Below, in pieces: positions 52,018 through 64,000 of a stretch of DNA of 64,000 nucleotides; position 1 is the first letter of the stretch; the number at the start of each line of letters is the position of its first letter. This DNA comes from Selaginella moellendorffii (lineage: Eukaryota; Plantae; Lycopodiophyta). The DNA lies in NCBI RefSeq assembly GCF_000143415.4, contig NW_003314311.1, positions 726,181 to 790,180 on the forward strand, written 5' to 3'. The position numbers and the translations under genes are program-made. The notes under the pieces are model-generated. The model was not told the DNA's origin. It did not search any database and saw nothing but the letters and a program-made list of their open reading frames with translations.

Positions 52018-52920
52018 ATGAAATATAAATTTTTTATTTTAGTTACTTTTTCATATTTTACTATAGCTTATTCTCAAAATATGTTTCATTATGAGGACTA
52101 TGGAGATAGTGGAGCAATTCCAGAGCAAATAAGTATGAATAATTTAGCTTCAATATTTTTATTTTTTTTAAGACGCTCATTGCCTTCTGGTGGAAATACA
52201 CAAGTGGGTTCTTTATTTTATACATCTTACATGACTCCAGAAGTACACATAAATATGTTATTTGTTGTGCTGTCTGCTAGTATAAATTGTCCAATAAATA
52301 ATGGTATACATGAAATTAGTAATGATGCTACTGGGGTTTTATTATCAAGATTTAGTGAAGAAGTCTATTCATCTTTTCAAAGTGCCAGAGCATCACATTT
52401 TATAAGTATTATTGGTCAGCATGATATTGGCATTTTTTTAGTTCTATATCAAATACATGGCTATATTTCTAGAAGAATACCCCTTGATAATATTCATGCA
52501 CATTCAATTCCATATAAAATTTGTAACTTCTTAAAAAATAAATTATTTAGTGGATATAAAGGTTTTCATATAGCAACACTTAATCCAGGTGAATTTTTAA
52601 CACATTTTTATAAAGTATATATATTTTTAGTACAACATGATTGTAATACTGTTTTTTATTATGGAAATACAGTTTTATAGGATGCTAAAACTTATGGAGT
52701 TAGTTTTGATTGTAAATTAAGATTACAAGAAGATGGAAATCTTGTACTTTATTCAGCATTTGATTTACAATCACTATATGCAACTGGAACTTATTGTAGG
52801 AAATCTAATTGTGTAAAACCATCAATACTTATTCTACAATTAAATTGCAATCTAGTTTTATATAAAGATGGAAAACCTTCTATACAAATGTGGTCAACTA
52901 AAACAGTTTGTTATAATTAA
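52018..52920 (+). pseudogene. Secreted protein with unknown N-terminal domain and C-terminal GNA/bulb-type mannose-binding lectin; one premature stop at 52678-52680
   Basis: Signal peptide MKYKFFILVTFSYFTIAYS. Three QxDxNxVxY-type subdomains (QHDCNTVFY, QEDGNLVLY, QLNCNLVLY) lie in one frame across a TAG that sits where Trp is expected. Confidence 0.75.
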
Positions 52921-55729
52921 TAATTTTAAATGTAATTTAAAGGATGTATTTTACTTTTAAAGATTTTTTTGCTAAAACTTGAATTTTTTTTAGCTTATTC
53001 CTAGATCTAGCTTATATTAATTTTTCTGTGTCACATACACACACATATAACTATAGAATTAATTAGAGTGCCTCCCCAACACCACCAACAGCAAAACATA
53101 ACCCTTTAGACCAAGGTTTTGAGATCACAATTTTAAACCAAACCAAAATCTAATGAATTACTTAAAATTATGGCTTGATGTCACATGAAAAAGTGCTGTA
53201 CCACATGATATTGCATCCTTCATGTGGTGATACATCATTCAGCCACAAAAACATGTATATAATATGTCTTTGTTACTTACATGTATGGGATAGTTTCAAT
53301 GTCACTCACACATGCTAATCATATCAATATGTTTGATAATTAGGGTCACTATTTAGGTAAGAACACTAATGAAGGTGCTATGTTGGAGACTAGAGGCAGG
53401 GGTATCTAGTATCAAGGGCAATATTAAGGTGATCTACACTTGAAATATCTAGAAGGTCCTATTTTCATTTTATGACAAGATTGATAAGGAGGTTTTGACA
53501 TATAATATACATAGTCAGGTATAAGAAACATGAGTCATTTCTTAATGTCAAATTTGAATACTTTTGCTATAGATAATCATATCCTATTACTAGAAGTGCA
53601 AGATAGACAACCTATCCTATATGATTCAGACTGTTCTTTAATATCTGAAAGTGGTAAAGATGAACACTATATGAGGTATCTAATTTGTTGTTAGAAGTGA
53701 ATTTTTAAGCATCCCATTGTAGATTCCAACATTTCCTAGATTCCAGAGGTTTTAGCAATGTATTTTTATTTATTTATTTATTTTTGTGGATGCTCATGAA
53801 AATTTATGAGTTCTGACATATATACTAGTGTGGCCAGTTGTGTATCTTGAGTTAGATATACATATTGTCGGTTGAGCTCTTTCACATATTTATCCTAAGA
53901 GGATTTTTCTTCCATTAGCCCTTTTGATTGTATCAATTGATCATCTAAAAGGAGATGTAGCTTGTCTTTTATTGATGCTGCACCCTTTTCTTTGTCTTTC
54001 TTTTGCAAGGTGTGCTTAGAACTTTCGCTGCCTTTTTTATGAGACAATGGATTACTTATCTATAGACTTCAAAGCCAACATTATATAGAATATGAGGTTT
54101 ATTGATCCAAATTAGGCATATACTACCATAGGCATTTCATTATGTCCTCACTAATATTGCCATGAACCACAAAAGTATAATCTAGAACTAAAGCTGTCAA
54201 CTAATAGAATATTGTTTTAGCCAATGTCAAATTTATGAAGCTCTAGTTGTTACAAGGCTTGTGTCCAGAATTTAAAGTTGGATATATACCATGAAATGCC
54301 TTATGCATTGTGCCACATGAATTATGAGTACTTGATTTAGTTTTTAAACTTCTTATGTCACCAACTCATATCTTGCTCTCATAGCATATCATATAGATTT
54401 TACATCCATGCCATGACTACACACTATATTCTCTCTTGTGAGTAGTTGACTACAAAGTAGTCATATACAATTTTCAACACTTACATATGTGCATGCCATT
54501 TGCAAACTGGGTTGAGTTAAATGGATTAGGAGTGATCATGCATAACAAATGTACAAATTGATATGAATGGAACATATGTTGTAGAGCATCTTGGAGCATA
54601 GAGATTCTCTAAATATTCCCTCTAAGGAATATTCTGAGCATGGGAAAGGATATTCTAAATGGGGGGTATATACCTTTCTTCCAATTGACAATGTATTGAG
54701 TTTTCAAGTTTTTTGCCATGTTTTGAGTGCATTTGTAAGCAAAAGGTGTGCTAGCTACACACCAAAATGGCAACCACAATGGGATGGGTCGATTTCTAGC
54801 TAGCCTATCCCATTTCCATGTGTTTTCTTCCTTGTTCTTGAGAGTTGTGAGGAATTTGAGCATGATTCTCATTCTTAGTGGTAGAATTTGGGGTGCCTTG
54901 GGAGTCAAATGAGTTTAAGCATAAGATTCACTACCATTCTCACAAATTCCTTTTTTTTATAGTTTTCTTTGGGTTTTAGGACTCATGACTCTCTCACTCT
55001 AGTTTTAGGTGTTTTGGCAAATTGAGTAGATGGGCTTATAGATCTCATCCTTTTTTATCCTTTGGCATCACAATCTGCAAACTTGGTGTAGGAATCATGA
55101 TATGCAAGGAGATTTGAGATGCATGCAGACAAGTATCTTTGACAATGGTATACCTTCCCTACAAGCCATCATTTTCTTAGATCTTTCTGGTGCCTGGTAG
55201 ATCAGCTCCTATGGTTTCTAATGGGCTCTTTCTTTCTTGATTTAGTTCATTCTCTTAGAAGTTCATTTTTTGACTATCAAGGGTTCAAGAAGTTCTTTCT
55301 ATTTGTTTCACGGTTTCTAAGAGTAGTTTCTCAGATCTTGTTCTTCATTTCTAGAAGGAACTTGAGGAGAGCTTTCTTTTGAATCTTGTCTCATGAATTT
55401 TGGCCTTGTGTATCAAAAGATCTAGCATTAATTCTCTTCTTGCACTATCTATGAGGAGTTTGGAGCTTTCTTGCCTCTTTGCTACTTGGATTTTCTAATA
55501 TTTGTTTCGTCCAAGAGCTAGGGTAGTTTAGGGAGTCCTATCTTGCCTATTTTTGCCGTGTTTAGCTTGAGTTTTCCAATTTTCACACTTGCTATTGTTT
55601 GTTTCAAGAGTTTGGGGAAGTTTTCTTGGTGTATAGCTCTTGTTTATTTCAAGAGCTGGGTAATTTCTCCATTGGTTACTAGAGCTTGGGATATATTCTA
55701 GACATGTTATTCAAGGCAGAGGTATGTTG

Positions 55730-58700
55730 TAACTAAAGATTTTTTCTTGGTTTATGACACAAGTCTGCATTTGCCACTGCTGGGCATCTACAGTTAATGC
55801 CCGTGTGAACAAGGAGTAACTCTATAGAGTATATGACACAACTATTCCCTTATTCCAAGCTTAAGGATGAATCTCTCAATTGCAACATAAGCTAGATTTA
55901 TATGAATGCATCTCAGACAACAAGTTTTCTTCATCAGTCACAAATTTCGAGAGTGGGCATTTAAATCTTGAGGTGGAGTAGCCAATAATCCATTTTGTCC
56001 AACATGCTATGGATCTAGCTATGTGTGATCCTACTTTAGGGTTTCTCCTATAGGACCATATTGACAATTTTGCCTAATATTGCAGCTCTAATCATATCTT
56101 CACCAAGGTGGCATGATTCTTGGAGCTTGTGAGATCGTTAGTAGGGAAAATGAACTTAGGTGAGAGCTTTGGTAGAGGATGAGTGTGAGGACTTCCCTAT
56201 GTTGCTCTTTTCTTTTCATAAGGCTTTTGAGATCGAGAAGAGCCTGCAGTAGCTGCTTTGCGAGCTTTTCCTCTTCCAGCAAAGCAGCAACAAATCTGTG
56301 CTTGATTACACAATGTGATTCAAGCAATACTAGAAGAGCAAAAAGTGGCCAAGTGACACCATTCCAAGTGTAGTGATGCATATGACTATGCCATAGAGAT
56401 TGAGAAGGATTTGACGTGAGAGCTAGGTGTTTCTAGTGTGGCAGAGATGCTTGGGACATCTCTTACTACAGCAGTGTACACCATCTCCAGAACACAGCTA
56501 CCCGGCCCTACTTCAATGCCATGACTAGGACTCACGATGACGGTCATTGTTGGAAGCTACACTCAGAGTAGTGTCCCAGGAAGCAACAGCAAGCTATGAT
56601 ACAGCCCCTTATGGGCAACTCAAGCCTCTAGACAGATGGTTACTAGGCAGCACTTCAACAAAAAGCCCTTGAGGCTCCCTTGATATCACAAGATCGTGGG
56701 AAGGCAATCGCAAGGGTTAGCATGGTGAGTCAACACCAATTCTCCCAACCTTGCCTCCCACAACTTTGGATGCAAAGGACCAGGATCTCCAACCAAGCTT
56801 TGGCAGAGGATAATATTATGGATCTTTCCCCTTTATTTAGAGAAGTTTCCATTCCTTGTGTTTTTGATGGAGCTTGGTGCTTGCAATATTGACAAGGTGG
56901 TGTTGGTGTATAGATTATCAATGATCAGGAGAAGTAGGTTGCTAAGCTCTCTAAGCTTCATCTGCAAATGAGGTTGAGTACTTTGCTGGGATTAATGTCA
57001 TGCAACTCACAAAGGAACTCAAGCTCTACCATGTCCAGTTCACAGAAGATTCACAGCTAGTGATTCGCCAACTCAATGGCAAATAACAAGTTTGGCAATG
57101 GCACCTCCAAGACTTGTGTAGTAGGTAGTGTCCATGCAGCAACATTTTGATGATGCCACCTTCATTAGCATTCCCCATGAGGAGAATTTTTGGGCTGAGC
57201 ACTCTCAATGAGGGAGATGCAACATAGCTTATCACTTTGCTCCAGAGCTTCAAGAATGTGTTTAGATGGGATTACAACCAGCTCCCAAGTGTTCTTATGG
57301 ACACTCTCATCCACAAGATTAAACTCTTTGGCAATGCAAGGCCTGTTTATCAATATATGCAGCAATATAACTCAACTCTTCATCTTGTGATCAAGGAGGA
57401 GATTCAAAAGCTCTGGTAGAGAGGTTATTGTTCCTGTGGCTCATTTAGGCTGGGTATCTGACATTGTGCTAGTTCAGAAAGCTAATGGTAAGCTCAAACG
57501 ATGCATGGGCTTTAGGGGATTAAACGATATTATTGTAAGCAACCAAAGGGAACAATTTAAGGGACGGTCCATGGGGTTCAAATATAGAGGGAAAGGGCCC
57601 ATGAACAAGAGTGCACCCCCTTTTCCAATTGATTAAGGGTCTTGGGATATTTGGGGTTAAACGTCCTTGGGTTTGAATAGTACTGGGCTGGGTGACCTCC
57701 CGGGAAGTCCAAACTCAGGAGCTTACAATTATGTATTGTGATAATTTTTCAACTCCGGTTGTGGATGAAATCATGAATGAGCTTGTTGGTTTCCTTTATA
57801 TTCCTTCATGGATGGCTTCTCCACATATCACTGTGGATCCACCAAATAGAGACAAAAGTCATTTCACACTCCTTAGAGCATCTTCACTTATACAATGCTT
57901 CCTTTTGGCCTTTGCAATGACCCAAACTTGCACTTGTTTGGATTTAGTGCAAAATGGTGTCATTGGCAATGAGAGAAAACAGCCTCCAAGTGCTCTAGAT
58001 GCTCTAGAAAGGAATGTGAGGTTGAGCAGAGAACATCAATGTTCACTTGCAAAAGTATGCCAAGGATGTCATAGAAGGTGTATATTATAAAATAATGGAA
58101 AGTTGCTCCTATTTTCTTCAGAAAACTAGCTTCTTTCAGTGGTTTTTGCTCACTTATGCAGCTCAGACTCATCTTTTGATGACTTTATTCCACAAGGACA
58201 CTCCTGTTGTGTGGACTAATCATCATCAGACCATATTTGAGTTGCTTAGACAAGCTCTTCAATAAGCACCAATCTTGTGGGCACCAATACACACATGGCC
58301 ATTTGAGATCTTCGTCACAATTGAGAAGGAGGCTTTTGGCATTTGCCCTTGATAGCCTCAGGATGACATGGCCCCTCTCCATGGAATGTTTTTGCCACCT
58401 TTTGTTCAGAGCTCACATCATTTTCCAAGTTTGATTTGATGTACTAACTTTTCTTCTCCATAAGGTTCTATAGACTTCTCACATTTATGCTTGGACCATC
58501 TTGATGTAAGAGTTCAATCTGCAATTCATGTTGAGGAAGAAGCGTGTCTTAGATCTGAAAAAGGCATTGGTTGAGGTTTCTCAAGAAATATCTCCTATTC
58601 TAGTAGGCCTTCAGGATGTGACAACTTTATTCATACCAGTAAACCCCCTCCAACATTATCTTTGGAGCAGCAGTGAGCTTTAGGCATAAATGCCTACAAC

Positions 58701-60560
58701 AACACTTTTATTATTGGAGTTCTTTATCAGCACATGCCACAAAGGATCCTTTTGCAATGTGTGGGAGAGGACGAGGTTCCTAACCTTCTTCGGGCTTTCC
58801 ACAGCTGTGGTGGCCACTTTTCTGGAGTTGCAACAACTTGTTTTATCTTACATCACAATTTTCATTAGCCAACTCTTTTCAAGGATACTGCTGCCTATGC
58901 ACAATCATGCCTGTGATGCCAGAATTGCAACCCTAGGAATTTGGTTCCAACTTTGCCTTTCCATCTCTTGGTTTCTCTAGGGCCCTTCTTCAAATGGGGC
59001 CTTGACTTTGTTGGTCCTATCACTATGCCTTCTTTGTCTGTCCATCACTACTTGCTTGTGGCCATGGATTACTTCTTAAAATGGGTGGAGGCTGTCCCAT
59101 TGTGCACAATAGATCAAAATGCCACTGCCACATTCTTGTACAAGCATATTGTCTATTGATTTAGCATTCTAGCCACTTTCGTTTCTGATTGTGATGGCAT
59201 ATTTCTTAGTAGCATGTTGGACATCACTCATACTTGTAATAGCAACTATGTCGTGAATGTGATTGTAGGTATCAAAAGTTACATATTAGCTAGTCCTTTC
59301 AGATATTCTTTTTTTACTGCTACGATGGCAAGACATATTATTAGACCTTTTTTCAGTCTCCACTCAAGCTAGTTGAGAAATTGGTCTTCACGTGTGCATT
59401 TGGCCAGAAAAGCATAAAGACAGAATTCCTAAGTGCTATCAATCAAGCATATTTGATCTGGTTAGAGAAACTCATTCATTGACTTGCATTTGTTAGTGTT
59501 GGGAACCCTCACAATATTGATATTTGTCCTTTAATATTTGCTAAATGATAATTTATTGTGTCTGCCAAACACCCTTGCTATCATGCCCTTTGTGTTAATC
59601 TTCTTTGATCTTATTTATTATTTATGGAAAGTATCTAGATTTGCTAATTTAGCATATTTATGGAATGTAGAGATTGTCCTGAATACAGTGGTATTGTGTT
59701 CCCGTATCTAAATTCTCAATCTAACACCATTCCATATTTAATAAGTTTCAAGCTTGTCCCAGAGATTAACTCTTGGTATTAGTAAAGATAGTGGGTAAGT
59801 CGGGCATGGCTGATTAACTTGAGGCATAATTTAGCTCCCACTTGCATGCCTATCCTTGTTCTGTATTTGGCTTGGGTTTAAGCCCATACTAGCTAGTGAA
59901 GTATTTATATCTTTGCATTAGGCCACCGATATGCTAAAATAGCACCAAACTCTGTTTGGCTTCATTTTGCATGTTAGTCTTAGTATTGAGAAGTTGGATG
60001 CTTTAGGATTGTTCTTATGTTGCTCCATGCTTTAGTTTTTTCACTCTTTAGCTACTAGCTTGGCAATTTGACACCATTCCTTCATTTAGTGGCCCAAGGT
60101 TTTGAAATTTGAGTTCCACTCCACTATCCTTGGACACGTGGCAAGTAACACATGGCATGTGACACATGGCACATGGAGGGTTTAGGTTCTGCTTTGTGGT
60201 TATCTTATAGTAAATCACCATAGGATAAAGTGTGAAAACCATGTGTGTTATAAGCCATTATCTATAGAGCAATGACTAGGTAAACTCTTCAAATAAAATC
60301 CTCAAGTTGATTCTCAACAAACTTGTGTTTGATCATCCTTGGCAATGGCATGAACACTTGCCTACAGCCTTGTGGGCATTTTGCACCATGTATAAGGCTA
60401 GTATTGACACAACTCTATTTTTCTCATCTATGGGTGAGAGGCTATCTTTCTAATGGAGATTTAGATCCCATTTATCCATTTTGCATCATGATATGCAATA
60501 GAGTCCAATTATCAAAGGCAAAGTAACTCTAGAGTTGGATGAGCAATATCTAGTAACTTT
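55730..60560 (+). mobile_element. Decayed Tat-like gypsy element with an extra archaeal-type RNase H upstream of RT
   Basis: FDGA..GGVG..NEVEY..DSQLVIRQLNG (56860-57200) precedes RT FKNVFRWDY...WVSDIVLVQKANGKL. Integrase WGLDFVGP..DYFLKWVEA follows. Boundaries are approximate. Confidence 0.7.
57534..57727 (+). repeat. Solo LTR with 5-bp TSD ATTAT
   Basis: TGTAAGC...GCTTACA flanked by ATTAT on both sides, interrupting the RT relic. Confidence 0.88.
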
Positions 60561-60569
60561 GGAGCATGT

Positions 60570-60763
60570 TGTAAGCTCCTGAGTTTGGACTTCTCGGGAA
60601 GTCATCCAGCCCAGTACTATTCAAACCCAAGGATGCTTAACCCCAAATATCCCAAGACCCTTAACCGATTGGAAAAGGGGGTGCACTTTTATTCATGGGC
60701 CCTTTCCCTCTATATTTAAACCCTATGGACCGTCTCTCGAGTTGTTCCCTTTGGTTGCTTACA
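60570..60763 (-). repeat. Solo LTR with 5-bp TSD CATGT
   Basis: Reverse-complement copy of 57534-57727, flanked by CATGT on both sides. Confidence 0.88.
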
Positions 60764-61220
60764 CATGTCTATGCATAGAAGGTCCAACTCAAGTCATGGC
60801 AAGATTGCAGGGCTTCTTCGACACCATTCTAGCAAGGCAACTTAGTTCTTCTCAAGAATTTCACACCTTCATCCAACGGGGATGGTCCAAATTTGAGTTG
60901 AGCTCAATTCAACACAAGTCAACTCAAGTCAATATAGTCAATAAAAAGTATTACAAAGGAAATCTAAATTGAACAAATGAAGGTTCTAGCAAACTTTAAA
61001 ATATTAAAATATGTAAATATCTAAGTTAAAAGTTTCTATAAGATTGAAATGTTTAAAAAAGATAAAGTTCATGAGAACCTATCTTTTATAAAACTATATT
61101 ATTTTATTATGACAACTGTTACAGCTGTCATATTTGATTTGACTACTTAATATTTTGAATACTTTTACAACAGTAGATACTATTCCTTCATTCAAAAGAT
61201 TTTTTAGGGTTCTTGAGAAG

Positions 61221-61469
61221 ATGGGAAGCAAGGAAAATACAAGATTTATGAGTAAAAGTTGTAGTGCAAAGGAATGTGAGAATGTTAATTTTGTTTCACT
61301 ACCATAATCTTCATATTACACTCTTGGTCCTTATTACCCATCTGGGAATGTGGAGACCACTATCACGATTGATAAAAATGCTCTTATTACTTCTGAAACA
61401 ACAGTCTAGAGTAAGAGAAATAAAGAAATAAACAGCACGGCGGAAGGCACCAAGAAATCTACTCCATAA
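61221..61469 (+). pseudogene. Homolog of the 85-aa cargo ORF at 18839-19096 (two premature stops)
   Basis: ENVNFVSLP*SSYYTLG...ALITSETTV*SK..NSTAEGTKK aligns with EDVEYISLPNSPYYTPG...APVTSETTIQSK..NTAESTKK. Confidence 0.6.
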
Positions 61470-62956
61470 AACTTTCCATGACATTTATAATTTACATATT
61501 AATTCATATTAAAAACTTTGTTGCCTGCCTATATCACAATCCTCTCATATGATAAGACCAAGGTATATTTTGCAGTGAATCCTCATTAAAAGTTTATGGG
61601 AATTGTTTGTAAATAATAATAAAAGAAATTGAAATCTTTTGAAAGACTCAAAAGTAATATCACATCAAAGAATCAACTTTATCTACATTTCTAAGACTGA
61701 AAGGCAATCTCAAATAAGAGAATGGTAGTGTGCCAACGTGCTCTGCCACTATAATGTGGTCTATATTTCCTTGCAATTTATTTCCCTAGACATTTGGCAT
61801 GTGTAGAAAAGAATATATGTGTAACAAAGTAGGATTCATCATAATGATAGAGCATGTGTATACACGATAATCTAAAATTCTAGAAGGTCTTATGTTTACA
61901 AGAAAGCTATGATTATGAAGCCCTATTTCCAAGACTGACATTTAAAGAATCTGAATATTGTCAATGTCATAATAAATAAACCTCATTCCCAAGACTAAAA
62001 CTTAGTATATAAACTATCTAAAAGTTGTAGTCATCATAGGTTTTTTGATTTCCTTGAGCTCCTTAGAAGTTTGTATTGAAATGGCTCAAAGGAGAGTCAT
62101 TGCTACTCGTACTTGGCCCCCCAGCATTTTATATCAATCTCCACCTCCATCCCCAAGTTCTACTAACATTCCACTTTCACCTCCACATAATAATCTTTTT
62201 TCTGCTGAGGGCTCTAGTGAAGCTAAACTAGAGCTCCCTATATGTGAAATTCTAAATCTTACTGCTAGAGAGGGATTGCCTTCAGTGCTTCAAGAGCAAT
62301 GCCAGATGTTTTTCAAGATCTTGCTCCTGACATGGTGGGATTATTTGAAAGTACAGAACACTATTACATTCGGTGTCCAATATGCTACTTTTTCTTTGAC
62401 AAAACAAATGGCTCTATGGGTTTAGAAACTTTTTTTGAGCACTGTAGGAATTGCCCAACGGCGGGTCTGGAAAATATGCACATGTGGATGTACAATAGAT
62501 TCAAGAATGAGTTATGGACACATACCCACTATCGCTTCATGGTGAGGAACAACATCCCTTTGGGAAACACTACATCGGCTAATGCAAAATATAGGGTTTT
62601 TAAGCCACACTATAGTGGAATGTAAAATCTAGAATTACTTTACTATACTATAGTATTGTCACTATTAAAAGAAAAATTATAATAAAATGATATTAATTGT
62701 AGGTAACATACCTTGTTCTAGAAGATGCTATCATATCACATACAATTGTTTACAAAATGTTGAAGGAGGAGATGGCAACACACAAGCGCTACAAAGTGAT
62801 GGTGATAGGTGAGAATGATAATTTGCAATTATGATATTTGACACTGACACTGACATCTGACACTTTCACTGACATCTAACATATAACAAGCTTTCTATTT
62901 TATGTAAGGATGCAATTAACTTTCTTTTGCCTCATCATCAACATAATGATTTCTTT

Positions 62957-63988
62957 TATACTTCCTCATATATTGGTATTGTGGGGAAGATTCACCTTGC
63001 ATATATTGAGCCATGGCTTCTGCATAGTCAGGGAGACTTCCAAAGCCTCTAATTCTAGAAACTCCAGGTGACTGTGATCTATAAATTAGAATTAAACATA
63101 TATTAAAATTTTAATAAACATAATTTACCTCCTTGAGGTTGGAGGCAACTCACGAAATCCTCTAAGCCAGCGTTTGAAGAAATGATGTTCTTCAATAGCA
63201 AACACCGACCTACCAGAGTCACGTGCTGCCTCCACCATAGAACTGCTACCTGTTGTGCAATCAATCACAACATCATCTGGTGGGCAATAGAGCTCAAGCA
63301 AAATTTGCATTGCTGATGGAGTTTGAAATCGATACCCTGGAAATGTGTTGCAGATCTACTCATCCACAAGGTTGGGTATGATGTTAGTGGAACTGTCGTA
63401 CGCAGGCAAAACACGTGTTGCATGTTCACTATCACGAAACCCATCATGTGTGTTTTTGTAGAAGGCATGATAGGTCCACATCATAACCTAGAAAAAAAAA
63501 ATGTTTAGAAATTAGATAAAAATATAAAATACATACTCACCTTTTCAAGCTTCCCTTGGACACCCCTCATATCGACGCCAATAGGATCCATGATGCACCC
63601 GGAAAAGAATGACTTGAAATGAACTTTTACTACATATGTCATAAGCTCATACATCCAGTTGGGGTCGTTCTGTAGGATGAAGACTACATGGCCAGCTTCG
63701 AGCATAAATGCTTCGGACAATAGGAATGCATCATATATGTGCTCAGGTGTGAGAAAGTTCCAATCCTCAACTTTCCCATCGATATCTGAAAGACCATCTG
63801 GAAAGTCAAAGAGAATGAAGTCCGCAACTGAAAGCAAGGGCCTTTGTATCTTTCAGCACCAATAGTTGAATTGGTGTTGTATATCCATGTTAATGTCGTC
63901 TTCTATGAAAAATGTCAACAATCTACTGTAAGAGCCAATGAAGATACCCATAATGCCTTGTTGTGTTATTGGGGACATAGGACAAACC
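62957..63988 (-). pseudogene. Intron-containing beta-class N6-adenine/N4-cytosine DNA methyltransferase-like gene (5' end beyond the window; two premature stops)
   Basis: Motif IV-like ADFILFDFPDG comes first, then motif X/I-like YRFQTPSAMQILLELYCPPDDVVIDCTTGSSSMVEAARDSGRSVFAIE (compare HPTQKP..L..LI....GDVVLDPF.GSGT..AA...GR..IG.E). GT-AG introns at about 63489-63540 and 63080-63128. Confidence 0.75.
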
Positions 63989-64000
63989 TATAAAAGAGCT

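Noticed and set aside
62957-64000. Bacterial contamination explaining the methyltransferase
   Set aside because: It has spliceosomal introns, a decayed paralog at 33.4 kb and contiguous plant TE context.

Overview
Eukaryotic plant genomic DNA. The very short GT-AG introns, GC-rich exons and TE types suggest a lycophyte such as Selaginella (inference). Bases 1-10.8 kb are a compact gene island: the 3' end of an HR-lesion-inducing-like gene, a GT34 xyloglucan xylosyltransferase, a MATE transporter, a TAXIMIN peptide gene and a PPR-SMR gene. The remainder is AT-rich and dominated by transposons. A chromodomain-bearing Ty3/gypsy element (13590-30896, 5-bp TSD GATTG) has a self-priming PBS and a GGGAAAC -1 frameshift site. 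Its integrase is split by an 11.7-kb DNA transposon (18196-29928, 25-bp TIRs, TA TSD). This nested element is the most unusual feature of the window. It carries a Sola/DUF7869-like transposase and a divergently transcribed multi-exon gene that appears to join a ParB/Srx-like domain, a degenerate DNA amino-methyltransferase-like fold and an FCP1/HAD phosphatase domain. About 20 copies of a 22-bp palindrome (ATGGCRTGWGGCCWCAYGCCAT) are scattered only inside it, resembling a ParB/parS or VANC-like self-recognition system. Further right are two decayed copies of an intron-containing beta-class N6A/N4C DNA methyltransferase-like gene, a 96-bp palindromic satellite, nested non-chromovirus gypsy relics and solo LTRs, a short LTR element with a tRNA-Trp-like PBS, and a secreted GNA-lectin fusion pseudogene. 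All domain calls are by eye and need HMM or structure confirmation.
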